Shown: positions 33,501 through 46,264 of the stretch, piece after piece
Layout: each line of letters opens with the position of its first letter
How positions within the stretch are numbered: the stretch's first letter is position 1
DNA from: Macrostomum lignano
Taxonomy: Eukaryota
NCBI GenBank assembly: GCA_002269645.1
Contig: NIVC01003795.1
Coordinates: forward strand, 1 to 51,772
Direction: 5' to 3'
DNA length: 51,772 nucleotides
Made by a program: the position numbers and the translations under genes
Notes under the pieces: generated by a model
Databases searched by the model: none
What the model was told of the DNA's origin: nothing
The model's input: only the letters and a program-made list of their open reading frames with translations

Positions 33501-36500
33501 ATAGATAGACCAGCTGAGCACTCTCAATCCCTATAGTTAAACCGTCTGAGCACCCTCAATCCTTATAGAACCTATATAGACAATTTGAGCACTCTCAATC
33601 CTTATAGAACCTAGATAGACAATTTTAGCACTCTCAATCCTTATAGAACCTAGATAGACAATTTTAGCACTCTCAATCCTTATAGAACCTAGATAGACAA
33701 TTTGAGCACTCTCAATCCCATCAGCCCCGCCAAACGCACACTGCAGCGAAGAGTACAACACGCCAGCCAATGCGATATTCGAAATCACCGACAATCAACT
33801 GGCCTCTATGCCGCCCCTGGCTGTGCCCTGCCGCCTGTACGGCGCTATTCCGGCCGGCGGCCAGCGCTGGACTCGCACCTCCGCCGAGGCGATGCGCAGT
33901 CACCTCGCTAGGCGAGAATATTTCGCCCACATGTGCGCTCTAGTCGTGAGCGAGGAGGCCTCAACAACGGCTGCTAATGCAGAGGCGTCGCAGCAACGGC
34001 TTGCCGCTGTCGACCTGTTGCTGTGCAACAGCGATGGCCAGTGCAACCGGCTAAGCAGCATGCTGCGCCTGGAGGGCGTGGCCCTGCGATACGCTGAGCC
34101 GGTGCCGCCCGAGGCCGCTTATCAACGCCTGGCTGAAGCGTTGCAGAAAACTTTTGCGGAAAAACGCGACGAAAATTTGCGACTCCGCGACGCGGAGGCC
34201 GCCGCCACCGCCGACGCTCTTAAGTCTTCAAATGTAGCCGAACAGATGCCGCAGTGTGTGAGTTGCTACCAATTGGCACAGTATCGATTATCGGTTTTGC
34301 CACTTAAGCCTTTTTGATTTAGTCATTTTCGTTATGAAATCCAGATATTAATCTACTCACATCTCACTGTTACCAACTCACATCTCACTGTCACCAACTC
34401 TCATCTCACTGTCACCAACTCACATCTCACTGTCACCAACTCACATTTCACTGTCACTAACTCACATCTCACTGTCACCAACCACATCTCACTGTCACCA
34501 ACCCACATCTCACTGTCACCAACTCACATCTCACTGTTACCAACTCACATCTCACTGTCACCAACTCACATCTCACTGTCACTAACTCTAACCTCACTGT
34601 CACCAACTCACATCTCACTGTCAAAATCTAATCTCACTGGCACCAACTCACATCTCACTGTTACCAATTGTCATCTCACTGTGACCAACTCTCATCTCAC
34701 TGTCACCAACTCACATCTCACTGTTACCAACTCACATCTCACTGTCACCAACTCACATCTCACTGTCACTAACTCTAACCTCACTGTCACCAACTCACAT
34801 CTCACTGTCAAAATCTAATCTCACTGGCACCAACTCACATCTCACTGTTACCAATTGTCATCTCACTGTGACCAACTCTCATCTCACTGTCACCAACTCT
34901 CATCTCACTGTTACCAACTCACATCTCACTGTCACCAACTCACATCTCACTGTCACACCAACTTACATCTCACTGTCACCAACTCTCATCTCACTGTCAC
35001 TAACTCTCATCTCACTGTCTCTAACTATTCCAGGACATCAGCGCTGCTAAAGAAGACGCAACACCGCAGCAGATGCAGCGACAACAGCCAAACATTGCTG
35101 ACGAACCAAATTCGGACGATGAGTTCGAACTTAACGAAGAATTTCTTTTGAAGCCATCTGATGAGGACGGAGACTGGGTGATTGGCGACCCGTCGCCTCC
35201 GTCTGCCGCAGCTCCTCCAGCCGCCGCCACAGAAGACTCCTCAGCCTCCACGTCCACCAGCTTTGTAAGTGTCACAGCCGAAGCAGCTTATTCGAAACCG
35301 GAAGCGGAAGTAGAAGCAGAACCGGAAGCGGAGGCGGAGGCGGAGGCAGAACCCGAACCGGTAGTGGAAGCAGAACAGGAAACGGAACCGGAAGCAGACG
35401 CAGAACCGGAAGTGGAAGCAGAAGCAGATCCGGAAGCGGAAGTAGAACCGGAAGCAGAACCGGAAGCGGACAACGCCGTTGTTAACAACGCTTCAACCTT
35501 GCCTAAGAATGCTTTGTCAGATCTGCCTTCCGTTCGTCCTCTGGGCGACCAATTCCGTTGGCCAAATATTCAAGTTGGACCGCTGCGAGAGCCAATCCAA
35601 GCTAAGCTGAGTCATCTGGACTGCTCGGATGAGCGAATGGTAATCTATATGCAGCGATCCGACGAGCGCAGCGAGGGGCTTCTGACGGCGTTGCGCCATG
35701 CGCTGCACACTGTCTATTCTGCAGTGTCCTATGCTCAGTACGATTTCGATGTGCTAGTTGAAGATTGGGCGAGGCGGTAAGCTTTTCTTTACTTTGATCC
35801 CGCCACCCCAGATCGGAAAATGTACATTCCTGCCTGACCAGCGCCCACCCAAGATTGTATAATGTACATTCCCTCCTGACCAGCGCCCACCCCAGATCGG
35901 ATAATGTACATTCCCTCTTGACTGGCAACCCCTGCCAGATCGGATAATGTACATTCCTCCTGACCGGCACCCCTCCCAAATCGGATAATTTACAATCCCT
36001 CTTGACCAGCGCCCACCCAGATCGGATAATGTACATTCCTCCTGACCCGCACCCCACCCAGATCGGATAATGTACATTCCTCCTGACCGGCACCCCTCCC
36101 AGATCGGATAATGTACAATCCCTCCTGACCAGCGCCCACCCCAGATCGGATAATGTACAATCCCTCCTGACCAGCGCCCACCCCAGATCGGATAATGTAC
36201 ATTCCCTGAGACCGCACCAACCCCAGACCGGATAATGTACATTCCCTAAAACCGGCACCCGCCACCCACCCCAGATCGGATAATGTAAATTCCCTGAGAC
36301 CGGCACCCACCCCAGATCGGATAATGTAAATTCCCTGAGACCGCACCCACCCCAGATCGGATAATGTAAATTCCCTCCTGGCCGGCACCCACCCCAGATC
36401 GGATAATGTACACTCCCTGAGACCGGCACCCACCCCAGATCGGATAATGTGTACACATTTCCTCAGCTCTGCCGCGGTGGCAATTCCTCAAGCGCCGAAC

Positions 36501-39500
36501 TGAAATGTTTAAATTTTCGCAACCGCAGGTCGGTGGTGTTCGAGTCTGACGGAGTCTGGTGCCGCGGTCGCGTGCTTAACTACGTCAGAGAGCAGGGCCT
36601 GTTTTTCCTGCTAGATATTGACACGGGCTACTCCAAGGTGATGCCCACTGGCAACATGAGACCCGTGTTCAACTGCGAAGGCCTCACCGGTGGCGACCTG
36701 TCCGAGTCGATTAGCCTCATCAAATCTACTCCGCCATTCGCTCTACCAATCACTCTTTGGGATTTGTATCCCACAGATCCCGAGCACTTCGATAGTCACA
36801 CGTTCCGCGACTGGCGGCCCTACCAGAAGACCATCGGCGCCCTGCTGACTAGCAGTGCCAAACTACGCGTTTACATTGTACGCAAAGCATTCTGTCCGGC
36901 CACCAATGAGCTGCTGCTTGCGTCCATTGTTCTGCTGCCAGACAATCGAGAGATTAGCCAGGAGCTTATTGATGGCCTGCCGTGGCTTGATCGGGACCAG
37001 AAACTGTTTAAAATGGCCTACAGGTCAGGCTTTGTAATTTAATCGTTTTTATTTCTGAGTCCTTTTTCCTGTTCGTTGGGCTGTCTTGTAATCATTTTCC
37101 CTATCCTTTCTGGTCCCTTTCCGGCTCCTTTCTGGTCCTTTTCCCTATCCTTTCTGGTCCCTTTCCGGCTCCTTTCTGGTCCTTTTCCCTATCTTTTCTG
37201 GTCCTTTTCCGGCTCCTTTCTGGTCCTTTTCCCTATCCTTTCTGGTCCCTTTCCGGCTCCTTTCTGGTCCTTTTCCCTATCCTTTCTGGTCCTTTTCCCT
37301 ATCCTTTCTGGTCCCTTTCCGGCTCCTTTCTGGTCCTTTTCCCTATCTTTTCTGGTCCTTTTCCGGCTCCTTTCTGGTCCTTTTCCCTATCCTTTCTGGT
37401 CCCTTTCCGGCTCCTTTCTGGTCCTTTTCCCTATCCTTTCTGGTCCTTTTCCCTATCCTTTCTGGTCCCTTTCCGGCTGCTTTCTGGTCCTTTTCCCTAT
37501 CTTTTCTGGTCCCTTTCCGGCTGCTTTCTGGTCCTTTTCCCTATCTTTTGTGGTCCTTTTCCGGCTCCTTTCTGGTCCTTTTCCCTATCCTTTCTGGTCC
37601 CTTTCCGGCTGCTTTCTGGTCATTTTCCCTATCCTTTCTGGTCATTTTCCCTATCCTTTCTGGTCATTTTCCCTATCCTTTCTGATCATTTTCCCTATCC
37701 TTTCTGGTCATTTTCCCTATCCTTTCTGATCATTTTCCCTATCCTTTCTGATCATTTTCCCTATCCTTTCTGATCATTTTCCCTATCCTTTCTGATCATT
37801 TTCCCTATCCTTTCTGGTCATTTTCCCTATCCTTTCTGATCCTTTTCCCTATCCTTTCTGGTCCCTTTCCGGGTTCTTGCTGGTCCTTTTCCGGGTCCTT
37901 TCTGGTCCCTTCCCGGTTCCTTGCTGGTCCTTTTCCCTTATCCTTTCCGGTCCTTTTCCGGTTCCTTTCTGGTCCTTTCTGGTCCTTTTCCGAGTCCTTT
38001 CTGGTCCTTTCTGGTCCTTTTCCGAGTCCTTTCTGGTCCTTTCTGGTCCTTTTCCGGGTCCTTCCTGGCCGTTTTGTGTCCCTTCTGGTCCTTCAGATGG
38101 CCTTCTGGTTCATTTCATAGTACTTACGACTGCCTTCTGCAGTTTGAATCCTTCGCACAGCATTCTAAAACCTGCGTCATTTATAAAAAATCCGGTTCAT
38201 TCGGTCATTTTGGCTTCTAATCTCTATGCTAAAGTTCTACCTGATCAAACTGTTAATTAATTAGGGCTTTTAGAAACTTCAGTCGCTAAGAATAAACTGC
38301 CAACCCCCCTTCCCTCGCTGAGTCAGGTACGACCTCATGGATCCCGATCGACCGTTCGTGCCATTGCCGCTGCAGCCTTCGCGCTACGCTTCAATCGGCC
38401 TGCCGCCAACCAGCGAGCCCTGCCCAGTAGAGGCCACGGACATTTTGGACCTGCCCTGCGTAGTGTCTCTACAGCTGCTGCCGCTGGACTCCGCAGCCGA
38501 TCGGCCAATGAGCGACTGGCGTCGACTTGTCAATCAGACTTATCAGCGGCTTGTGTGCGGCGATCTGTACCACAGGCTGCAGACTGAGGGCCCCAGGCAG
38601 CCACCGCTGCCTGAAGTGAGTTGTGATGTACTTGGATGCGCAATCCGAGCCACCACTACACCACATTCACCCAATCCAAGCCACCACTACACTACATTCA
38701 CCCAATCTAAACCACTATATTCACCCAATCCGAGCCACCACTACACCACATTCACACAATCGAAGCCACCACTACACTACATTCACCCAATCCAAGCCAC
38801 CACTACACCAAATTCACCCAATAAAAACCACTATATTCACCCAATCCAAGCCCCTCATCCACCCAATTGAAGCCACTATATTCACCCAATTCAAGCCACT
38901 ATATTCACCCAATTCAAGCCACTACATTCACCCAATTCAAGCCACTACATTCACCCAATTCAAGCCACTACATTCACCCAATTCAAGCCACTACATTCAC
39001 CCAATTCAAGCCACTACATTCACCCAATTCAAGCCACTACATTCACCCAATTCAAGCCACTACATTCACCCAATTCAAGCCACTATATTCACCAATTCAA
39101 GCCACTACATTCACCCAATTCAAGCCACTACATTCACCCAATTCAAGCCACTATATTCACCAATTCAAGCCACTATATTCACCAATTCAAGCCACTACAT
39201 TCACCCAATTCAAGCCACTACATTCACCCAATTCAAGCCACTACATTCACCCAATTCAAGGCACTACATTCACCCAATTCAAGCCACTACATTCACCCAA
39301 TTCAAGCCACTACATTCACCCAATTCAAGCCACTATATTCACCAATTCAAGCCACTATATTCACCAATTCAAGCCACTACATTCACCCAATTCAAGCCAC
39401 TATATTCACCCAATTCAAGCCACTACATTCACCCAATTCAAGCCACTATATTCACCAATTCAAGCCACTACATTCACCCAATTCAAGCCACTATATTCAA

Positions 39501-40834
39501 CCAATTCAAGCCACTACATTCACCCAATTCAAGCCACTACATTCACCCAATTCAAGCCACTACATTCACCCAATTCAAGGCACTACATTCACCCAATTCA
39601 AGGCACTACATTCACCCAATTCAAGCCACTACATTCACCCAATTCAAGCCACTACATTCACCCAATTCAAGCCACTACATTCACCCAATTCAAGCCACTA
39701 CATTCACCCAATTCAAGCCACTATATTCACCAATTCAAGCCACTACATTCACCCAATTCAAGCCACTACATTCACCCAATTCAAGCCACTATATTCACCA
39801 ATTCAAGCCACTATATTCACCAATTCAAGCCACTACATTCACCCAATTCAAGCCACTACATTCACCCAATTCAAGCCACTACATTCACCCAATTCAAGCC
39901 ACTATATTCACCAATTCAAGCCACTATATTCACCAATTCAAGCCACTACATTCACCCAATTCAAGCCACTACATTCACCCAATTCAAGCCACTACATTCA
40001 CCCAATTCAAGCCACTACATTCACCCAATTCAAGCCACTACATTCACCCAATTCAAGCCACTACATTCACCCAATTCAAGCCACTACATTCACCCAATTC
40101 AAGCCACTACATTCACCCAATTCAAGCCACTACATTCACCCAATTCAAGCCACTACATTCACCCAATTCAAGCCACTATATTCACCAATTTAAGCCACCC
40201 CTTTTACCAAATCCACACTATCATACACCGAATGCCAATCCACATTAGTCATTCACTCAATCGCGTTCTCATTTTCATCACTCATTCCCCTCGCTCACCC
40301 AACCAGGGCGTGGATATTCCGTGCGCCTGCGTGGCGAAATTCTCCGAGGACGGCGTGTGGTACCGCGCCGAGGTGCTTCTGTTTAAGGAAGACACGATGT
40401 TAGTGTACTTTGTGGACTACGGCAACGCCGAGTACATGAGCCTGGCCAGGAGTGAGTGCAATCTACGCCAGCCTTTGTTCCTCGACGAGCCCTGTCTGGC
40501 TGTCCGCTGCCGGCTCCAGGGCCTCGTGCGGCATCCCGATCGCGACCTGGATGACCTGCCAACCCGCAGTCTCTCCGCTCAGGTGATCAGCTGCCTCGTC
40601 GCTACCGGAGCTGCTCATGATGACAATGAGCAGCAGCCGCCGAAGCAGAAGCAACTCTGGCTTGACGTCAAACGTCGATACGATGATGGAGTTCGTCAAC
40701 CGGATGTTGTTCTCTACGACGATGCCGAATTGACCGCGTCTGCCAATGAGCGCCTGCTGGATGCCAAATTGATGACAATCAGGCGCGACTATCCCGACGA
40801 TGCCACGTTTGATAGCGGGTTCCAGCTGGTTTGA
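21587..40834 (+). CDS. RNF17: RING finger + 2 B-box + 5 extended Tudor domain protein (RNF17/TDRD4, Drosophila Qin/Kumo-like piRNA factor), 14 exons, ~1968 aa
   Basis: Exons 21587-21626, 26047-26186, 26390-26514, 26606-26676, 26773-26879, 27576-27895, 28281-29760, 30566-30852, 31811-32581, 33747-34257, 35034-35776, 36529-37023, 38327-38615 and 40307-40834. All introns are GT-AG and phase-compatible; total 5907 nt. RING: MDCTGC...LTCGHNVCTEC...CRVDGC. B-boxes: CSAC..CAEC..CHSC and FCVTC..ICSAC..H..H. Tudor cores: DWCRA..FPDYGN, WYRG..FTDYGN, WYRC..LIDSG, WCRG..DIDTG and WYRA..FVDYGN. The symbol rests on domain architecture only. Confidence 0.88.
22040..22618. mobile_element. Degenerate fold-back/inverted-repeat element built of CCGTAG/CTACGG sub-repeats
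   Basis: 22150-22179 is an imperfect reverse complement of ~22513-22545. CCATAGCCGTAGC at 22040 mirrors GCTACAGCTATGG at 22606-22618. Confidence 0.55.
23020..23266. mobile_element. MITE-like element, copy A (CpG-decayed)
   Basis: Colinear diverged copy of 23755-24041, with degenerate TIRs TATATGCGCAAC / ATTGCACATG. Confidence 0.75.
23755..24041. mobile_element. MITE-like element, copy B, with 13-bp terminal inverted repeats
   Basis: ATACATGCGCAAC (23755-23767) / GTTGCGCATGTAT (24029-24041). No ORF. It is flanked by the direct repeat TAGGCTGATT (23744-23753, 24041-24050); a TA target duplication is an alternative reading. Confidence 0.8.
24131..24476 (-). mobile_element. Probable tRNA-headed SINE (~350 bp) with A-rich tail
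   Basis: The minus strand starts GGCCATAGCCCAGCAGTAG (A-box-like), has GGCTTGATTCC (B-box-like, 24418-24428) and ends AATAAAAAAA. Only one copy is in the window. Confidence 0.55.
26945..27507. repeat. 38-bp intronic minisatellite
   Basis: Unit GAGTGAGCCAATCTGTCTGACCCAGCTCACTGTCTCCA. Confidence 0.98.
27955..28200. repeat. 25-bp G-rich intronic minisatellite
   Basis: Unit GGGGTGGTGGGTGGCGGCTTGAAGT. Confidence 0.95.
29852..30510. repeat. 15-bp intronic minisatellite
   Basis: Unit CCCGCTGGTGTGT(G/T)T. All three plus-frame ORFs are artefacts. Confidence 0.98.
30975..31762. repeat. 31-bp intronic minisatellite
   Basis: Unit CAGTCAGTATTATACAGGTAGGGCAGCCTG(C/T). Confidence 0.98.
32630..33720. repeat. 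32-bp intronic minisatellite
   Basis: Unit CCCTATAGATAGACTATCTGAGCACTCTCAGT, drifting to variants toward the 3' end. Confidence 0.97.
34355..35020. repeat. 21-bp intronic minisatellite
   Basis: Unit CATCTCACTGTCACCAACTCA, with a 180-bp block duplication (34561-34740 / 34741-34920). Confidence 0.97.
35800..36450. repeat. ~40-42-bp intronic minisatellite
   Basis: Core CCCAGATCGGATAATGTACATTCC followed by a variable C-rich half. Confidence 0.95.
37090..38050. repeat. 22-bp pyrimidine-rich intronic minisatellite
   Basis: Alternating TTTCTGGTCCTTTTCCCTATCC / TTTCTGGTCCCTTTCCGGCTCC. Confidence 0.96.
38640..40195. repeat. 22-23-bp intronic minisatellite
   Basis: Unit ATTCACCCAATTCAAGCCACTAC. Confidence 0.98.
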
Positions 40835-42248
40835 GAGCGGGTTCCATTTGGTTTGAGAGCGGATTCCAGCTTGTTTGAGAGCGGGTTTCAGTTGGTTTGA
40901 GAGCGGGTTCCAGCTGGTTTGAGAGCGGGTTCCATTTGGTTTGAGAGCGGATTCCAGCTTGTTTGAGAGCGGGTTTCAGTTGGTTTGAGAGCGGGTTCCA
41001 GCTGGTTTGAGAGCGGGTTCCAGTTGGTTTTGAGAGCGGGTTCCAGCTGGTTTGAGAGCGGGTTCCATTTGGTTTGAGAGCGGATTCCAGCTTGTTTGAG
41101 AGCGGGTTTCAGTTGGTTTGAGAGCGGGTTCCAGCTGGTTTGAGAGCGGGTTCCATTTGGTTTGAGAGCGGATTCCAGCTTGTTTGAGAGCGGGTTCCAT
41201 TTGGTTTGAGAGCGGATTCCAGCTTGTTTGAGAGCGGGTTTCAGTTGGTTTGAGAGCGGGTTCCAGCTGGTTTGAGAGCGGATTCCAGCTTGTTTGAGAG
41301 CGGGTTTCAGTTGGTTTGAGAGCGGGTTCCAGCTGGTTTGAGAGCGGGTTCCAGCTGGTTTGAGAGCGGGTTCCAGCTGGTTTGAGAGCGGGTTCCAGCT
41401 GGTTTGAGAGCGGGTTCCAGCTTGTTTGAGAGCGGGTTCCAGCTGGTTTGAGAGCGGGTTCCAGCTGGTTTGAGAGCGGGTTCCAGCTTGTTTGAGAGCG
41501 GGTTCCAGCTGGTTTGAGAGCGGGTTCCAGCTTGTTTGAGAGCGGGTTCCAGCTGGTTTGAGAGCGGGTTCCAGCTGGTTTGAGAGCGGGTTCCAGCTGG
41601 TTTGAGAGCGGGTTCCAGCTTGTTTGAGAGCGGGTTCCAGCTGGTTTGAGAGCGGGTTCCAGCTGGTTTGAGAGCGGGTTCCAGCTGGTTTGAGAGCGGT
41701 TCCAGCTTGTTTGAGAGCGGGTTCCAGCTGGTTTGAGAGCGGGTTCCAGCTTGTTTGAGAGCGGGTTCCAGCTGGTTTGAGAGCGGGTTCCAGCTTGTTT
41801 GAGAGCGGGTTCCAGCTGGTTTGAGAGCGGGTTCCAGCTTGTGTGAGAGCGGGTTCCAGCTTGTTTGAGAGCGGGTTCCAGCTGGTTTGAGAGCGGGTTC
41901 CAGCTTGTTTGAGAGCGGGTTCCAGCTTGTTTGAGAGCGGGTTCCAGCTGGTTTGAGAGCGGGTTCCAGCTGGTTTGAGAGCGGGTTCCAGCTTGTTTGA
42001 GAGCGGGTTCCAGCTGGTTTGAGAGCGGGTTCCAGCTTGTTTGAGAGCGGGTTCCAGCTGGTTTGAGAGCGGGTTCCAGCTTGTTTGAGAGCGGGTTCCA
42101 GCTGGTTTGAGAGCGGGTTCCAGCTGGTTTGAGAGCGGGTTCCAGCTTGTTTGAGAGCGGGTTCCAGCTGGTTTGAGAGCGGGTTCCAGCTGGTTTGAGA
42201 GCGGGTTCCAGCTTGTTTGAGAGCGGGTTCCAGCTTGTTTGAGAGCGG
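40807..42248. repeat. 22-bp minisatellite overlapping the end of the Tudor gene
   Basis: Unit GTTTGAGAGCGGGTTCCAGCT(G/T). Confidence 0.98.
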
Positions 42249-42979
42249 TTCTTTATTCGATTTTGTTTAGCTAAAATGTTTGTGTTGCTTGTTTTATGCG
42301 ATCTCGTTGTTTTAATACTACTTATTAGTAGCTGGCAGGGTGTCCTAGGCCTAGCAAATACTAGAATTAAAGAATGCCTATTAAATTTCAGCAGTGCCAA
42401 TGGGGTAAATTATGTTGTTTCCTTTTACATATTACTAATTAGATGACACGCAAACACCCTGCCAGCTTATTATTGGTGTCTTAATCTATCTTGGAGGTGA
42501 TAAAGAGAAATCTAAGAAAGCAACGTTACTACTGTCCTGCCCTGTCATTGAGTAGTATTTTTAAGGATATACGTTATTCTCGTCAATTCTGTATGATAAT
42601 AATAATTTTAGTATTATAAAAATTCTGAAGTAACCCACTGATCGAAGGCATTTCATGTTTCGTTTTCAATTTCAACTAACTTTCTGTTAATCTTGAACTT
42701 TAGTGATCCATCTTTGCTTATAATAAGCAGCCTTGTACCAAATTAATTAAGCTTAACACCTGACTACTGTGAGTACTTGTATGGGATATTATAGCTTTTA
42801 ATTTTCAAATACTATTTTTGTGGCCTCGTCCATCTGTTGAGTCTGATCTATAAATAAACCTGGTATCAGCTGAGCGGGCACCGCGCCTGCGTGCCTCAGC
42901 AAGCATTTGTTCAAATTTACATTTCCTGCATTCACTTCACAAATAGAGATTCTCATGGACATTGAAATTTTCATTTATA

Positions 42980-43950
42980 ATGCTCAAGCCAGTCACACCT
43001 GATAATGGTCACACCTGATAATGATCAAGCCAGTCACACCTGATAATGCTCTAGCCAGTCACCTGATAATGGTCACACCTGATAATGATCAAGCCAGTCA
43101 CACCTGATAATGCTCTAGCCAGTCACCTGATAATGGTCACACCTGATAATGATCAAGCCAGTCACACCTGATAATGGTCACACCTGATAATGATCAAGCC
43201 AGTCACCTGATAATGGTCACACCTGATAATGATCAAGCCAGTCACACCTGATAATGCTCTAGCCAGTCACCTGATAATGGTCACACCTGATAATGATCAA
43301 GCCAGTCACACCTGATAATGCTCTAGCCAGTCACCTGATAATGGTCACACCTGATAATGATCAAGCCAGTCACACCTGATAATGATCAAGCCAGTCACAC
43401 CTGATAATGGTCACACCTGATAATGATCAAGCCAGTCACACCTGATAATGGTCACACCTGATAATGATCAAGCCAGTCACACCTGATAATGCTCTAGCCA
43501 GTCACCTGATAATGGTCACACCTGATAATGATCAAGCCAGTCACCTGATAATGGTCACACCTGATAATGATCAAGCCAGTCACACCTGATAATGATCAAG
43601 CCAGTCACACGTGATAATGATCAAGCCAGTCACACCTGATAATGATCCAGCCAGTCACCTGAATGATCAAACCACTCACCTGATAATGATCAAGCCAGTC
43701 ACACCTGATAATGATCAAGCCAGTCACACCTGATAATGATCAAGCCAGTCACCTGAATGATCAAACCACTCACCTGATAATGATCAAGCCAGTCACACCT
43801 GATAATGATCAAGCCAGTCACACCTGATAATGTCGATATCAAGCCAGTCACACCTGATAATGTCGATATCAAGCCAGTCACACCTGATAATGTCGATATC
43901 AAGCCAGTCACATCTGATAATGATTGCGCCAGTAACCACACCTGATAATG
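42980..43950. repeat. Composite 25/16-bp minisatellite
   Basis: CAAGCCAGTCACACCTGATAATGAT interleaved with GGTCACACCTGATAAT. Confidence 0.96.
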
Positions 43951-44024
43951 ATGGAAATTGTTCAAATATTCCCCTTTTAAAGAATGAGTTAGTAGGCACG
44001 ATTTCTTAATATATGTATGTTGTC

Positions 44025-44128
44025 AGTTAGTTAGTTAGTCAGTTAGTTAGTCAGTTAGTTAGTTAGTTAGTCAGTCAGTTAGTTAGTCAGTTAGTTAGTT
44101 AGTTAGTTAGTTAGTCAGTTAGTTAGTC

Positions 44129-44185
<57 letters not shown>

Positions 44186-44430
44186 ATAAGTAAGTAAGTT
44201 AGTTAGTTAGTGAGTTAGTTAGTTAGTTAGTTAGTCAGTTAGTTAGTTAGTTAGTTAGTTAGTTTGTTAGTTAATGAGTTTGTTTGTTTGTTTGTTTGTT
44301 TGTTTGTCAGTTAGTTAGTTAGTTAGTTAGTGAGTTAGTTAGTTAGTTAGTGAGTTAGTTAGTTAGTTAGTGAGTTAGTTAGTTAGTTAGTGAGTTAGTT
44401 AGTTAGTTAGTTAGTTAGTTACTTACTTAC
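44025..44430. repeat. (TTAG/TCAG)n microsatellite
   Basis: Same motif family as 11685-15325. Confidence 0.97.
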
Positions 44431-45193
44431 TTAGCACACGCACACAGGGTGTCCAGTTAAATCATGGACTTGTCGCGAGAGTCATGCGGTCAGAACACCG
44501 AAAACGATCGATCGGGTGTAGCAAATCTCTATAATTGAGTCGAATGCAGTCTGTCGATTCATGTGCTATCGCGTTGAGACTTGGAGTGCGCAAGCACTGT
44601 TTGACAATTGCAGCTGATGGTATTCGAAGTAGTGTATAGGGTATTAAAGACAGCATCTGCAGACTCTGTTGGGCCACCTAGTGACGTGCAGAGTCCGAAT
44701 ATAATCTTTATTATTAACGGCAAAGGCAATAAAACCGTCTCTGCCCTCACCTGGCCCGGCAATAAATAATCCGCCTCAATTGTTGGATTCAACCCTGCGC
44801 CGCCCCAGGCAGACAGGCAGGCAGCCGGCGCTGACTACTTTCTACTGAGGATCCGATAACTTGGCGATGCCTATCAGTCAGATTAAATAAAAAGCTGAAA
44901 ATAACAAAATTGCTTTTTGTCTAAGCTGAACCTCGACTGTCTGGAATTATGTTTAGTAGACTCAACTATGCTCAAGTGCCTGTGCACTTGAGTCACTCTC
45001 TGGTGGGTTCTGCTTTGGTGCTCCGGCACTTTTTGCAGTAATTTTATTAGTTTTTTAATTCCACCCGAATAATAATAAACATTTTATTGCCTTGTAAAAA
45101 CATTATAAATACAGCAGAGCAACAGCAGCCAGATGTTAGCTGGCAAGACTCCGATTCCTACTACCGATATAAACGAATTTGTTTGAACAAATC

Positions 45194-46264
<1,071 letters not shown>

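Noticed and set aside
36449-36528. Upstream in-frame extension of the Tudor-4 exon (acceptor at 36466)
   Set aside because: Phase 0 does not match the phase-2 donor at 35777; the acceptor at 36528 does.
26389-38330. Four Tudor-gene exons start with GT directly after the acceptor AG (recursive-splicing-like)
   Set aside because: Four of 13 is not clearly above expectation given the G preference at exon position +1, and the introns are short.
29787-42400. Long ORFs such as 29787..30617, 35602..36456, 37076..37729, 38623..40248 and 40976..42400
   Set aside because: They are repeat-derived and lie in introns or the 3' flank of the Tudor gene. Only the unique tail of 38867..40834 is a real exon.
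26945-43950. Regular 20-40-bp repeats resembling CRISPR arrays
   Set aside because: The units are head-to-tail with no unique spacers, there are no cas genes, and the context is eukaryotic introns.
44446-44800. CAGGGTGTCC (Tc1/mariner-like terminus) followed by moderately GC-rich sequence
   Set aside because: I found no matching inverted end and no transposase motif in any frame I could read.
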